Source: a virus
Lineage: Duplodnaviria; Caudoviricetes
Virus record (IMG/VR): IMGVR_UViG_3300016478_000127
Span: 1-38,308 of that record
DNA: 38,308 nucleotides
Strand: one strand, 5' to 3'
The position numbers and the translations under genes are program-made. The notes below the pieces were generated by a model that saw nothing but the letters and a program-made list of their open reading frames with translations, did not search any database and was not told where the DNA came from. Below are positions 7,608 through 15,730 of this stretch, piece after piece (the first letter of the stretch is position 1; every line of letters starts with the position of its first letter).

Positions 7608-7784
7608 TGGTGCATCCAATGATTCAGTGAAGGTACCGAAGCCGAGTGCTACCGCACAGGCTTCAGCTTCACAGGCTTGCATGGTATCCAGCAGCTCGAT
7701 GGATACCACCTCTTCACCATCAAAGACGGTGAGCATGACCACACCATCGGTGGTCACGATCTCTGCTTCTTTCCAATTAGCCAC
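7602..7784 (-). CDS. Small acidic early hypothetical protein
   Basis: AAGGAG RBS before GTG; overlaps the upstream gene. Confidence 0.65.
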   Translation of the reverse strand: MANWKEAEIVTTDGVVMLTVFDGEEVVSIELLDTMQACEAEACAVALGFGTFTESLDAPQ

Positions 7785-8013
7785 GGCGCATCTCCTTCAT
7801 GACACGACGGAACTCATCGTCTGCATAAGAGACCATGAGGTTATGGGATTTACGCTCCCAATCAGCACGCTGCTTCTTGTTAGGAAACAGAATGCTGATC
7901 AGGTGCATGGTCTGTGCGTAGTACTCCATGCTGCGGAACATTCTCTTTCCAATGATGGAATGAAAGAGATACATGGCACAGATGAACAGCTGACGAGCGA
8001 TGAACAGTTGCAT
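7777..8013 (-). CDS. Early hypothetical protein
   Basis: TAAGGAG RBS. Confidence 0.7.
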   Translation of the reverse strand: MQLFIARQLFICAMYLFHSIIGKRMFRSMEYYAQTMHLISILFPNKKQRADWERKSHNLMVSYADDEFRRVMKEMRRG

Positions 8014-8023
8014 GGTGAACTCC

Positions 8024-8197
8024 TTACTTATTACGAATGGTGATGGTGGCTACCTTGGGATAAGGCGCAGCCTTATACCCAAGCTGTGCCAGCTTCTCGA
8101 TGTGATCAGGATTGTTGGTATCCAACACGATCTGAACTGGCTTGATAGCCAACGGAGCAGGCATGGTTTTATCCACAATGGTGATGCGTACTTGCAT
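8024..8197 (-). CDS. Early hypothetical protein (MQVRITIVDK...)
   Basis: AGGAG RBS before ATG 8197; the longer ORF-track start lies inside the promoter. Confidence 0.7.
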   Translation of the reverse strand: MQVRITIVDKTMPAPLAIKPVQIVLDTNNPDHIEKLAQLGYKAAPYPKVATITIRNK

Positions 8198-8242
8198 GGC
8201 TTCTACTCCTGAGAAGTGTTGAGAGGACTGTATGTCCTCATT

Positions 8243-8262
8243 CCACTCCAAGTGCGGAGCAC
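8243..8262 (-). promoter_or_regulatory. Virion RNAP hairpin promoter
   Basis: CCACTCCAA-GTGC-GGA-GCAC. Confidence 0.85.
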
Positions 8263-8268
8263 GCTCTT

Positions 8269-8298
8269 AAAAAACAATGACTCCCGAAGGAGTCATTG
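8269..8298 (-). terminator. Rho-independent terminator, cUUCGg loop
   Basis: CAATGACTCC-TTCG-GGAGTCATTG-T6. Confidence 0.85.
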
Positions 8299-8508
8299 CT
8301 TGCAGTACCACTCATCGAAGGCGAAGGTGAACTCGTAGACCTGACCATCTTTGATGATCTGGAAAGACACGTAGTCTTCCCGTTCCTCGTAGTCGAGGAT
8401 GTCACGAGTTGAGATTAAGTGATTCATGAACTCTTTCAGAGTCATCTCACTTTTCTCGAAGGCACGATTCATGGCTGCTGCCATGGCATCAGTTTCACGA
8501 GTACGCAT
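8293..8508 (-). CDS. Early hypothetical protein (MRTRETDAM...)
   Basis: AAGGAG RBS before ATG 8508. Confidence 0.7.
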   Translation of the reverse strand: MRTRETDAMAAAMNRAFEKSEMTLKEFMNHLISTRDILDYEEREDYVSFQIIKDGQVYEFTFAFDEWYCKQ

Positions 8509-8554
8509 AAGTTTCTCCTTGGAGAAGTATTGAGAAGTCCGAAGGACTTCTATT

Positions 8555-8576
8555 CCAATCCAAATGCGGAGCATTT
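8555..8576 (-). promoter_or_regulatory. Virion RNAP hairpin promoter
   Basis: CCAATCC-AAATGC-GGA-GCATTT. Confidence 0.85.
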
Positions 8577-8725
8577 ACTGAGGAGAGTTAGGGTATCGGG
8601 TGTATATCGGAATGAGGAATGAGGTAGATAGAGTATCGGGAGATGGGAAGATGATTGTTGAAATTAGTAAACTGAGACTTCCCTCTCTTCACTTTCTGTC
8701 TATGAGGTGTTGTGTTGTGTAATTA

Positions 8726-8751
8726 AAGAGCCTACCCCGAAGGGTAGGCTC
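8726..8751 (-). terminator. Rho-independent terminator, cUUCGg loop
   Basis: AGAGCCTACCC-TTCG-GGGTAGGCTCT followed by TTAATT. Confidence 0.75.
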
Positions 8752-8756
8752 TGCTC

Positions 8757-9002
8757 TTACGCTTGTGCTTTTGCTTTGGCCTTTGCTTTTGGCTGAGGCT
8801 TAGGCAGCTCGGTGATGGTGCTGAGGCCCAGCTGACGCAGCTTGGCTTGCACGGCTTCGATATCCTCTACGGCTTCGAGGCGCTCCTCGATCAGCTCGAT
8901 GCTATGCACGTTAGCCACTGCGCTGTAGTTGGCCAGCGTGTTGGCGTTAACGCGGATGACATTGAGGATGTCGGAGATGGTGGCGAAGAACATACGGAAC
9001 AT
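8757..9002 (-). CDS. First early gene, hypothetical; Lys/Ala-rich tail
   Basis: AGGAG RBS; flanked by a promoter and a terminator; C-terminal PKPQPKAKAKAKAQA. Confidence 0.75.
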   Translation of the reverse strand: MFRMFFATISDILNVIRVNANTLANYSAVANVHSIELIEERLEAVEDIEAVQAKLRQLGLSTITELPKPQPKAKAKAKAQA

Positions 9003-9035
9003 GGTGGTACTCCTAGCTAGAGAGCGGCGACATTG

Positions 9036-9055
9036 CCATACCAGACGCGGAGCGT
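9036..9055 (-). promoter_or_regulatory. Virion RNAP hairpin promoter (end-proximal)
   Basis: CCATACCAG-ACGC-GGA-GCGT. Confidence 0.85.
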
Positions 9056-9059
9056 GCTT

Positions 9060-9255
9060 GTGCTCTTACGGAGCAATGGGGGGGGGTGGTTTGGATTTGG
9101 TGCTCCAAACTGTAAGTACAACACCCATACCCAAATTATAAAAAATCCCCCAACCTGCGAACCCCAAATTTTCCACAACTGTTTCAAGCTGCCACTGACC
9201 CAACTTGTCTTTTCTCCTGGTTCAGCTGACTATATAAAGCCTATACCCTAACTAG
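9060..9255. other. Probable genome-end / terminal-repeat junction
   Basis: Non-coding divergence point between early genes and the gp69/terminase genes, which lie at opposite ends of N4-type genomes; G9 run at 9078-9086. Confidence 0.55.
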
Positions 9256-9270
9256 ATGGAGGTTGGCTTT

Positions 9271-9954
9271 ATGTCAGCCCTGACGATTGAACAGTTTCAG
9301 GAAGCTCTTCCTGAGAAGATTAAGAAGTCGGTGAACAAAGAGATCATCGACTCAATCAACAAGACCCTAAGTGACCCGGAAATATATGAGCAGTACCGGG
9401 ATAACCTGCTGAGCTACACCAAGGTGATGCAGGAAGGGAAGTTCAAGATCAGTCAGTACATTGATGCTGTGCGTTATGTGAGCTTCAAGCACATGGGCAT
9501 GACCAATGCTGATGCTTATGCCAAGACATTCCCTGACAAGATGCTGAGGTTCTCTTCTCAGGGTGTGTCGGCCAAGGACATTGCGTCCTACAGCACGGCC
9601 TACAACAAGTCGAAGTTGGTGACTCTGCTGTTCGAGCAGACACTGATCCCGACCCACATTCTGAACCAAGACCTGTTTCAGAAGGCGCTCAATGTGCAGG
9701 CGGAACTGATGATCTCGGCTAATAGTGAGAAGGTGCGTAGTGATGCGGCGAATAGCCTGATCAACGCACTGAAGCCGCCAGAGACCAAGAAGGTGCAGTT
9801 GGATGTGGGTGTGCGTGAAGACCACAGTATTGCGGCCCTGCGGGAAGCCACACTGGCCCTGGCAGCTCAACAGACCCAGATGCTTCAAGCGGGGGCAACC
9901 AATGCTCAGCAGATTGCTGAAGCCAAGATCATTCAAGGGGAGCGTATAGCATGA
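9271..9954 (+). CDS. N4 gp69-like conserved protein
   Basis: GGAGG RBS before ATG 9271; ~230 aa; SEKVRSDAANSL segment; lies upstream of terminase. Confidence 0.75.
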   Translation: MSALTIEQFQEALPEKIKKSVNKEIIDSINKTLSDPEIYEQYRDNLLSYTKVMQEGKFKISQYIDAVRYVSFKHMGMTNADAYAKTFPDKMLRFSSQGVSAKDIASYSTAYNKSKLVTLLFEQTLIPTHILNQDLFQKALNVQAELMISANSEKVRSDAANSLINALKPPETKKVQLDVGVREDHSIAALREATLALAAQQTQMLQAGATNAQQIAEAKIIQGERIA

Positions 9955-10094
9955 GTCTGATTCAACTGGTTCTCGGATTTTTGGTGCTCGGCTCGGCCTG
10001 CGGCCTCGCTATGGATGATCACCCACCGATCTTCCGCTGGGGTTATGAGCTGGCCAGCTTCAAGGGCTACGGCAAGCCGGGGAGGGCCTATTGA
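9951..10094 (+). CDS. Small protein with hydrophobic N-terminus, 47 aa (MSLIQLVLGFLVLGSACGLAMDD...)
   Basis: Hand-translated; GGGGAG RBS, ATGA overlap. Confidence 0.5.
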   Translation: MSLIQLVLGFLVLGSACGLAMDDHPPIFRWGYELASFKGYGKPGRAY

Positions 10095-10255
10095 TGAAAG
10101 GGTTCTGGCTATGGCACCCGGACTCTCCGGGGCAAAAGGTATATGTGGTGCGCGGTTGGCTTGCCCGTATGCTGTATCCACAAGACTTTGCTACTGTGCG
10201 GGAGTGCATAACGTATTCGGTATTCTTGAAGGGGCTTTTCCATGAGCAGTATTGA
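10094..10255 (+). CDS. Small hypothetical protein, 53 aa (MKGFWLWHPDSPGQKVYVVRGW...)
   Basis: Hand-translated; GGAGG RBS, TGATG coupling, end overlaps the terminase start. Confidence 0.5.
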   Translation: MKGFWLWHPDSPGQKVYVVRGWLARMLYPQDFATVRECITYSVFLKGLFHEQY

Positions 10256-11840
10256 AGAAGCCCTACCGTGGAAGGTGGAGGACTACCTGCGTGCAACTGA
10301 CTATCGGGTAGACCCTTCCTATGTGCCTTCCCAATTTGCTTTGATGTTCGTGAGCTTCATCAAGCTGGTGAACGGCGAAGAAGGGGAGGAGAACAAGACC
10401 CCTATTGTCCACTACTACATGCTGGACAAGATCACCAACCGAGGTTCGCGTATCCTCAACTTGTGTCACCGTGGTATTGCCAAGACCACAGTGATGGGTG
10501 AATACCTGTTCCTGTTCATTGCAGTGTATGGGGAACTGCCTGAGTTGGGGCAAGTGGACTTGGCTCTGTATGTGTCGGACTCAATCGAGAACGGCGTGAA
10601 GAACATGCGGAAGAACTTGGAGCACCGCTGGGACAAGTCCGACTTCCTGAAGATGTTCGTGCCTACGATCCACTTCACCGATATTCGATGGGAGTTCAAC
10701 AACATCGACGGGAAGAAGTTCATCGTCAAAGGCTACGGTGCCAAGACCGGCGTGCGGGGTGCTAAGGAGATGGGTAAGCGACCTCAGCTGGCGGTACTCG
10801 ATGACCTGATTTCGGACGAAGATGCCCGCTCGGCCACGGTGATCGCGGCGGTGGAGGACACCGTGTACAAGGCGGTGAACTACGCCCTGCACCCGACCAA
10901 GAACATGATTATCTGGTCAGGCACCCCCTTCAACGCGAAAGACCCGCTGTACAAAGCGGTGGAGTCCGGGGCTTGGGTAGTCAACGTGTTCCCGGTGTGT
11001 GAGCAGTTCCCCTGTGCTCGGGAAGATTTCCGGGGCAGCTGGCCCGACCGTTTCACCTACGACTACGTGAAGAAGCAGTACGATGACGCGGTGAAGCTGG
11101 GCAAGATCGACACTTTCAACCAGGAGCTGATGTTACGAATCATGTCCGATGAGGATCGTCTGATCCAAGATCATGACATCGCCTGGTACAAGATAGACGC
11201 TGTGCTTCGTAACAAGCAACGGTTCAACTTCTACATCACCACCGACTTCGCCACCAGCGAGAAGCAAAAGGCGGACTACTCTGTAATCTCAGTCTGGGCC
11301 TACAACAATGCAGGCGACTGGCTTTGGGTAGATGGCATCTGTAAGCGTCAGACGATGGACAAGAACATTGATGATCTGTTCCGTCTGGCTCAGACGTATC
11401 GACCCCAGCAAGTAGGTATTGAGGTCACCGGACAGCAGCAAGGATTTGTGAATTGGATTCAGGGTGAGATGCTGAACCGTAATATCTACTTCCCTCTGGC
11501 CAGTGATAGCAACAGTGGGGCACCAGGGATTCGTCCGAACACCAACAAATTGGTACGCTTCAACACCATGGTTCCCTTCTTCAAGGCTAGGAAGGTTTTC
11601 TTCCCAGTGGAGAAGAAGAACAGTGAACCAGTGGCAGAAGCAATGAACGAACTGGAGTTGGCCACCCCGGGTGGATTCAAATCCAAGCATGATGACTTCA
11701 TCGACACCATCTCCATGCTAGCTTCACTTACCCCATGGAAACCTTCTGAAGAGGCTCCGCTTCGTTCAGTAGAAGGTGGAATGTGGGAAGCTGACATTGA
11801 AGAAGATGACAATGATCGTCTAGCATCTTACATAGTGTGA
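10242..11840 (+). CDS. terL: Terminase large subunit (N4 gp68-like)
   Basis: Walker A-like HRGIAKTT, Walker B AVLDD, GTP coupling motif, RNase H-like TTDFA...DYS and KHDDFID. Confidence 0.95.
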   Translation: MSSIEEALPWKVEDYLRATDYRVDPSYVPSQFALMFVSFIKLVNGEEGEENKTPIVHYYMLDKITNRGSRILNLCHRGIAKTTVMGEYLFLFIAVYGELPELGQVDLALYVSDSIENGVKNMRKNLEHRWDKSDFLKMFVPTIHFTDIRWEFNNIDGKKFIVKGYGAKTGVRGAKEMGKRPQLAVLDDLISDEDARSATVIAAVEDTVYKAVNYALHPTKNMIIWSGTPFNAKDPLYKAVESGAWVVNVFPVCEQFPCAREDFRGSWPDRFTYDYVKKQYDDAVKLGKIDTFNQELMLRIMSDEDRLIQDHDIAWYKIDAVLRNKQRFNFYITTDFATSEKQKADYSVISVWAYNNAGDWLWVDGICKRQTMDKNIDDLFRLAQTYRPQQVGIEVTGQQQGFVNWIQGEMLNRNIYFPLASDSNSGAPGIRPNTNKLVRFNTMVPFFKARKVFFPVEKKNSEPVAEAMNELELATPGGFKSKHDDFIDTISMLASLTPWKPSEEAPLRSVEGGMWEADIEEDDNDRLASYIV

Positions 11841-11844
11841 GGTA

Positions 11845-12576
11845 TTGATGACACTCAAACAGATTTTCGACCTGCTGTCTCAGGGTGAGCTTTCCCAGAT
11901 TCATCTGGGGGGGACTCAAGGTATTGATGAAAGTAACTGGGAGAGGGTGCTTGGTGCAGTCAATCTAGGTTTGACTGAACTCCACAAGCGTTTCCCGCTG
12001 CGTCGTGAGCAAGTTGTCTTGCAAATGCAAGAAGGACAGCTCCGTTACACGCTGGATGTGAAGCATGCAGTGAGTAACCGGGAGAATCCCACAGTCACCA
12101 AGTACCTGATCGACTCAGCAGCCAACCCGTTCATTGGTCGAGTGCTGAAGATTTACAAAGTCTTCGATGCCAGCGGCTGTGAACTGAAGTTGAATCGCGT
12201 GGGTGATGCCTTTGATCAGGCACACAGCACCGTGCGTACCCCAAGCTACAACACCCTGATTCTGCCAACTATGCTGCCAGTGCAAGCACTGACTGTTGAA
12301 TATCTGGGGAATCACCCGCTGCTGGTCAAGGAGCAGGGCTACTTCAATCTGGAAGATGTGGCAGTCGAATTGCCGGATACGCACCTGACAGCTTTGCTGT
12401 ACTTTGTGGCCAGCCGGCTGTTCAACCCCACGGGGCTGAGTGGTAATACGGCATTCCATGAAGGAAACAACTACGAGGCGAAATTCGAGGCTGAGTGCAT
12501 GCGTCTGGAAAACGATGGCTACGAGAACTCTGAGCAGGAAGAAAACAGTCGTCTGCGGCGTAACGGTTGGGTGTAA
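11845..12576 (+). CDS. N4 gp67-like virion (adaptor) protein
   Basis: NLGLTELHKRF, ALLYFVASR, C-terminal RNGWV; directly after terminase. Confidence 0.75.
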   Translation: MMTLKQIFDLLSQGELSQIHLGGTQGIDESNWERVLGAVNLGLTELHKRFPLRREQVVLQMQEGQLRYTLDVKHAVSNRENPTVTKYLIDSAANPFIGRVLKIYKVFDASGCELKLNRVGDAFDQAHSTVRTPSYNTLILPTMLPVQALTVEYLGNHPLLVKEQGYFNLEDVAVELPDTHLTALLYFVASRLFNPTGLSGNTAFHEGNNYEAKFEAECMRLENDGYENSEQEENSRLRRNGWV

Positions 12577-12610
12577 AAAAGCCCCCGGCGTTTCACAACG
12601 TATGGGGGCT
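12575..12610 (-). terminator. Terminator for the dUTPase transcript (possibly bidirectional)
   Basis: AGCCCCC...GGGGGCT stem followed by a T run on the minus strand. Confidence 0.7.
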
Positions 12611-12681
12611 GTTGTTCAGGTTACCGTAGCCTGACCCGGAGACAGGGATCACCTCACTTCAGTGGAGCTGATCCCTTTGTC

Positions 12682-13113
12682 TCATTTCTGGTTCGTGCTG
12701 CCAAATCCACCTTCACCCCGATTAGTGGTACCCAGTTCTTCAACCAGATTCAGCTCGGTAGTTCCAACTGGAACCAGAATGAACTGGAGCAGTCTTTCGC
12801 CAGCTTCCCAACGATGAGGGACACCATTTTTCACACGAAGGCAGGCCATCCACTCACCACGGTAGTCAGCGTCGATCACACCCACAGTGTTGTTCAGGGA
12901 AACACCATGCTTGGCTCCTGCACCAGAGCGGGGAAGCAGCAGGGCCACGAAGCCTACTGGGATTTCAGCAGCAAAACCCAATGGAACCATCTGGCCATAG
13001 GTAGCCCCAGGCATCAACACGCCAGCTTCAGGCATGTAGAGGTCGTAACCACCTGCATGCTCAGTACCACGAGTAGGCATCTTGAAGTTCGGGTGCAGTT
13101 TCTTGATGTTCAA
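12682..13113 (-). CDS. dut: Trimeric dUTPase
   Basis: Motifs AGGYDL, PRSG, GVIDADYRGE, LQF and RGEGGFGST; TTG start after GGAG. Confidence 0.96.
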   Translation of the reverse strand: MNIKKLHPNFKMPTRGTEHAGGYDLYMPEAGVLMPGATYGQMVPLGFAAEIPVGFVALLLPRSGAGAKHGVSLNNTVGVIDADYRGEWMACLRVKNGVPHRWEAGERLLQFILVPVGTTELNLVEELGTTNRGEGGFGSTNQK

Positions 13114-13179
13114 TTAGAAGTTCTCCTTCAGGTTTGTTTAAGATGACCCCTATTCAACCGGGGGCCGAGGCCACAGAGT

Positions 13180-15297
13180 ATGTCCGAAAACACACAAATG
13201 GTGGATGTCCAGTCGAAAAAACTTACGGACTGGAAGAATGAACCCACTGTTGCTGACCTGAAACAAGACTTTGAGGACTCTCGAAGCCATCATTCAGCAC
13301 AGGTGAGTAAGATCGAAGAATGGTTGGATAACCTGAATGGCACTGGCAAAGCCAGGGTCAATACAGGCAAAAACAACTCTTCGGTGGTACCTAAGCTCAT
13401 TCGTAAACAAGCAGAGTGGCGATACCCTGCTTTGAGTGAGCCATTCCTCAGTACCAGTAAGCTCTTCAATGTGAAACCGGTCACTTGGGAAGACAAGAAG
13501 GCTGCCCTTCAGAATGGACTGGTTCTCAACAACCAGTTCAATACTCAAATCGACAAGGTGAGTTTCATTGATGAGTTCGTCCGCACTGCTGTGGACGAGG
13601 GTACCGTCATCCTGCGAACTGGATGGGATTATCAGGAAGAAGAGTACGAGGTCGAAGTACCTGACGTTGAATACTTCTTCAATGATGACATGGCCCCTAC
13701 CCATCAACACCTGGCTCAGTTAAAAGCACAAGACCCTGATGCTTATGCCTCCAGTATTTCCCCGGAAATGCAGCAAGCACATGAGATGGCTATGGAGCAC
13801 GGTCGCCCTGTAGAGGCTATGATTAAGGGGGTAAAGAAAGAGAAGCGTGTCCGGGTACTTGTAAACAAGCCCACCGTGGAAATCTGTGATTTCCGAAATG
13901 TGGTTATCGACCCTACCTGTAAGGGTGATATTGATAAGGCTGGGTTTGTGATTTACAGCTTCGAGTCCTCTCTGTCGGAACTGAAGCGTGACGGTAAATA
14001 TCACAACTTGGAGAATATCAATCTTGAAACGAACTCGATCCTTGGTGAGCCAGACCACAGCACAGATACCGGCACCAAAAACTTCAACTTTGCTGACAAG
14101 GCGCGCAAAAAGTTTGTTGTTTATGAGTATTGGGGATTTCGTGATATTGATGGTTCTGGTCTGGTTCAGCCTATCGTCGCCGCATGGGTAGGTAACACTC
14201 TCATCCGTATGGAAGAGAACCCCTATCCGGACAAGAAGCTCCCATTCATTGTCGTACCCTACCTCCCTGTCCGTAAGTCCACCCATGGTGAACCTGACGG
14301 TGCCCTGCTGGAAGACAACCAGAAGATCGTGGGTGCATTGACCCGTGGCATGATTGACATCATGGGCAAGTCGGCCAACGGCCAGACAGGTATGCGTAAA
14401 GACATGCTCGATGTCGCCAACAAGCGGAAGTTCGAGAAAGGTCTGGACTACGAGTTCAATGCCAACGTCGATCCGTCGATGGGCGTTTACATGCACAAGT
14501 ACCCTGAGATTCCTCAGTCAGCGCAGTTCATGTTGCAGATGTCCAACATGGAAGCGGAATCGCTGACGGGTGTTCGAGCCTTCAACCAAGGGATCAACTC
14601 TAGTTCGCTGGGTGAAGTGGCTGCTGGTATCCGTAGTGCTATGGATGCTGCTTCCAAGCGTGAGATGGCCATCCTCCGTCGAATCAGCAACGGCATCATC
14701 AAACTCGGTCGCAAGATCATTGCCATGAACCAAGCATGGCTCAGTGAAGAGGAAGTTATCCGCATCACTGAAGAGCAGTTTGTGCCGGTACGTCGAGATG
14801 ATCTGGCCGGCAACATCGACTTGGAGTTGTCTATTTCTACTGCTGAAGAGGACAACAGCAAGGCTCAGGAACTGGCCTTCATGCTTCAGACCATGGGTAA
14901 CAACATGGCACCGGAGATGAGTCGTCTGATCCTTGCTGACATTGCTCGCCTACGGAAGATGCCTGATCTGGCCAAGCAAATTGAGGAATACCAGCCTCAG
15001 CCTGACCCGATTGCTCAAAAGCAAGCTGAACTTCAAGTGGCTCTCATGGAAGCAGAGCTGGCTGAGAAGCAGAGCATCATTGCTCTCAATCAGGCGAAAC
15101 TTGAAACTGAAGCTGCTAAGGCAAATCACCTGAACAGTCAGGCTGATCTTGCTGATCTGGATTTCGTTGAACAAGAGTCTGGCGTGAAACAAGAACGTGA
15201 CTTGCAGAAGCAAGGTGCCCAGGCTCAAGCACAAGCTGCAACGAAAGTTCTGGAACATGAACTTCGTAAACGTGAACCCAAACCGAAGGCTAAGTAA
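13180..15297 (+). CDS. Portal protein (N4 gp59-like)
   Basis: KLTDWKNEPT, PKLIRKQAEWRY.ALSEPFL; 705 aa; head-module position. Confidence 0.92.
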   Translation: MSENTQMVDVQSKKLTDWKNEPTVADLKQDFEDSRSHHSAQVSKIEEWLDNLNGTGKARVNTGKNNSSVVPKLIRKQAEWRYPALSEPFLSTSKLFNVKPVTWEDKKAALQNGLVLNNQFNTQIDKVSFIDEFVRTAVDEGTVILRTGWDYQEEEYEVEVPDVEYFFNDDMAPTHQHLAQLKAQDPDAYASSISPEMQQAHEMAMEHGRPVEAMIKGVKKEKRVRVLVNKPTVEICDFRNVVIDPTCKGDIDKAGFVIYSFESSLSELKRDGKYHNLENINLETNSILGEPDHSTDTGTKNFNFADKARKKFVVYEYWGFRDIDGSGLVQPIVAAWVGNTLIRMEENPYPDKKLPFIVVPYLPVRKSTHGEPDGALLEDNQKIVGALTRGMIDIMGKSANGQTGMRKDMLDVANKRKFEKGLDYEFNANVDPSMGVYMHKYPEIPQSAQFMLQMSNMEAESLTGVRAFNQGINSSSLGEVAAGIRSAMDAASKREMAILRRISNGIIKLGRKIIAMNQAWLSEEEVIRITEEQFVPVRRDDLAGNIDLELSISTAEEDNSKAQELAFMLQTMGNNMAPEMSRLILADIARLRKMPDLAKQIEEYQPQPDPIAQKQAELQVALMEAELAEKQSIIALNQAKLETEAAKANHLNSQADLADLDFVEQESGVKQERDLQKQGAQAQAQAATKVLEHELRKREPKPKAK

Positions 15298-15385
15298 TTG
15301 AAATAGTAGGCAGTACGGGTAGTTTTGTATTACCGTGCTGCCTGCTACACAACTCCTATCATCTTCAATAGCACTGGTAGATCCA

Positions 15386-15730
15386 ATGACTTCTGAAATT
15401 CAACAGCTCGAACAGAACATCCAGCAATCCAAGAAGGCCGTGGAACTGGGTAATGCTCTGGAACGTCTGCTCAACAACCGCGACTTCAAGAACATCATCC
15501 TGAAAGGCTACATGGAGCAAGAGGCTGTACGCCTCGTACACCTGAAAGCCTCCCCTGCCATGGACTCTCCGGCCAAGCAAACTGCCATCATGCGTGACAT
15601 TGATGCCATTGGTTCGTTTGCCGGTTTCCTCAAAGAGATTCAACGTCAGGCTGAATTGGGCCGTAAAGACATTGCTTTCTCTGAAGAAACCATTGAAGCC
15701 ATCCGTGCAGAGGAACTGAACGATGAGTGA
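15386..15730 (+). CDS. N4 gp58-like conserved hypothetical protein
   Basis: Helical; ALERL..NRDFK..I..GY segment; between portal and gp57-like gene. Confidence 0.75.
   Translation: MTSEIQQLEQNIQQSKKAVELGNALERLLNNRDFKNIILKGYMEQEAVRLVHLKASPAMDSPAKQTAIMRDIDAIGSFAGFLKEIQRQAELGRKDIAFSEETIEAIRAEELNDE

Noticed and set aside
7100-9060. Repeated motifs as a CRISPR array
   Set aside because: Spacing is irregular (300-700 nt) with genes in between; they are promoters and terminators
10015-10245. 76-aa plus-strand ORF before terminase
   Set aside because: Two coupled ORFs with RBSs (9951-10094 and 10094-10255) fit the interval better
10242-11840. Intein or intron in terminase
   Set aside because: Continuous frame of ordinary length with no splicing motifs seen
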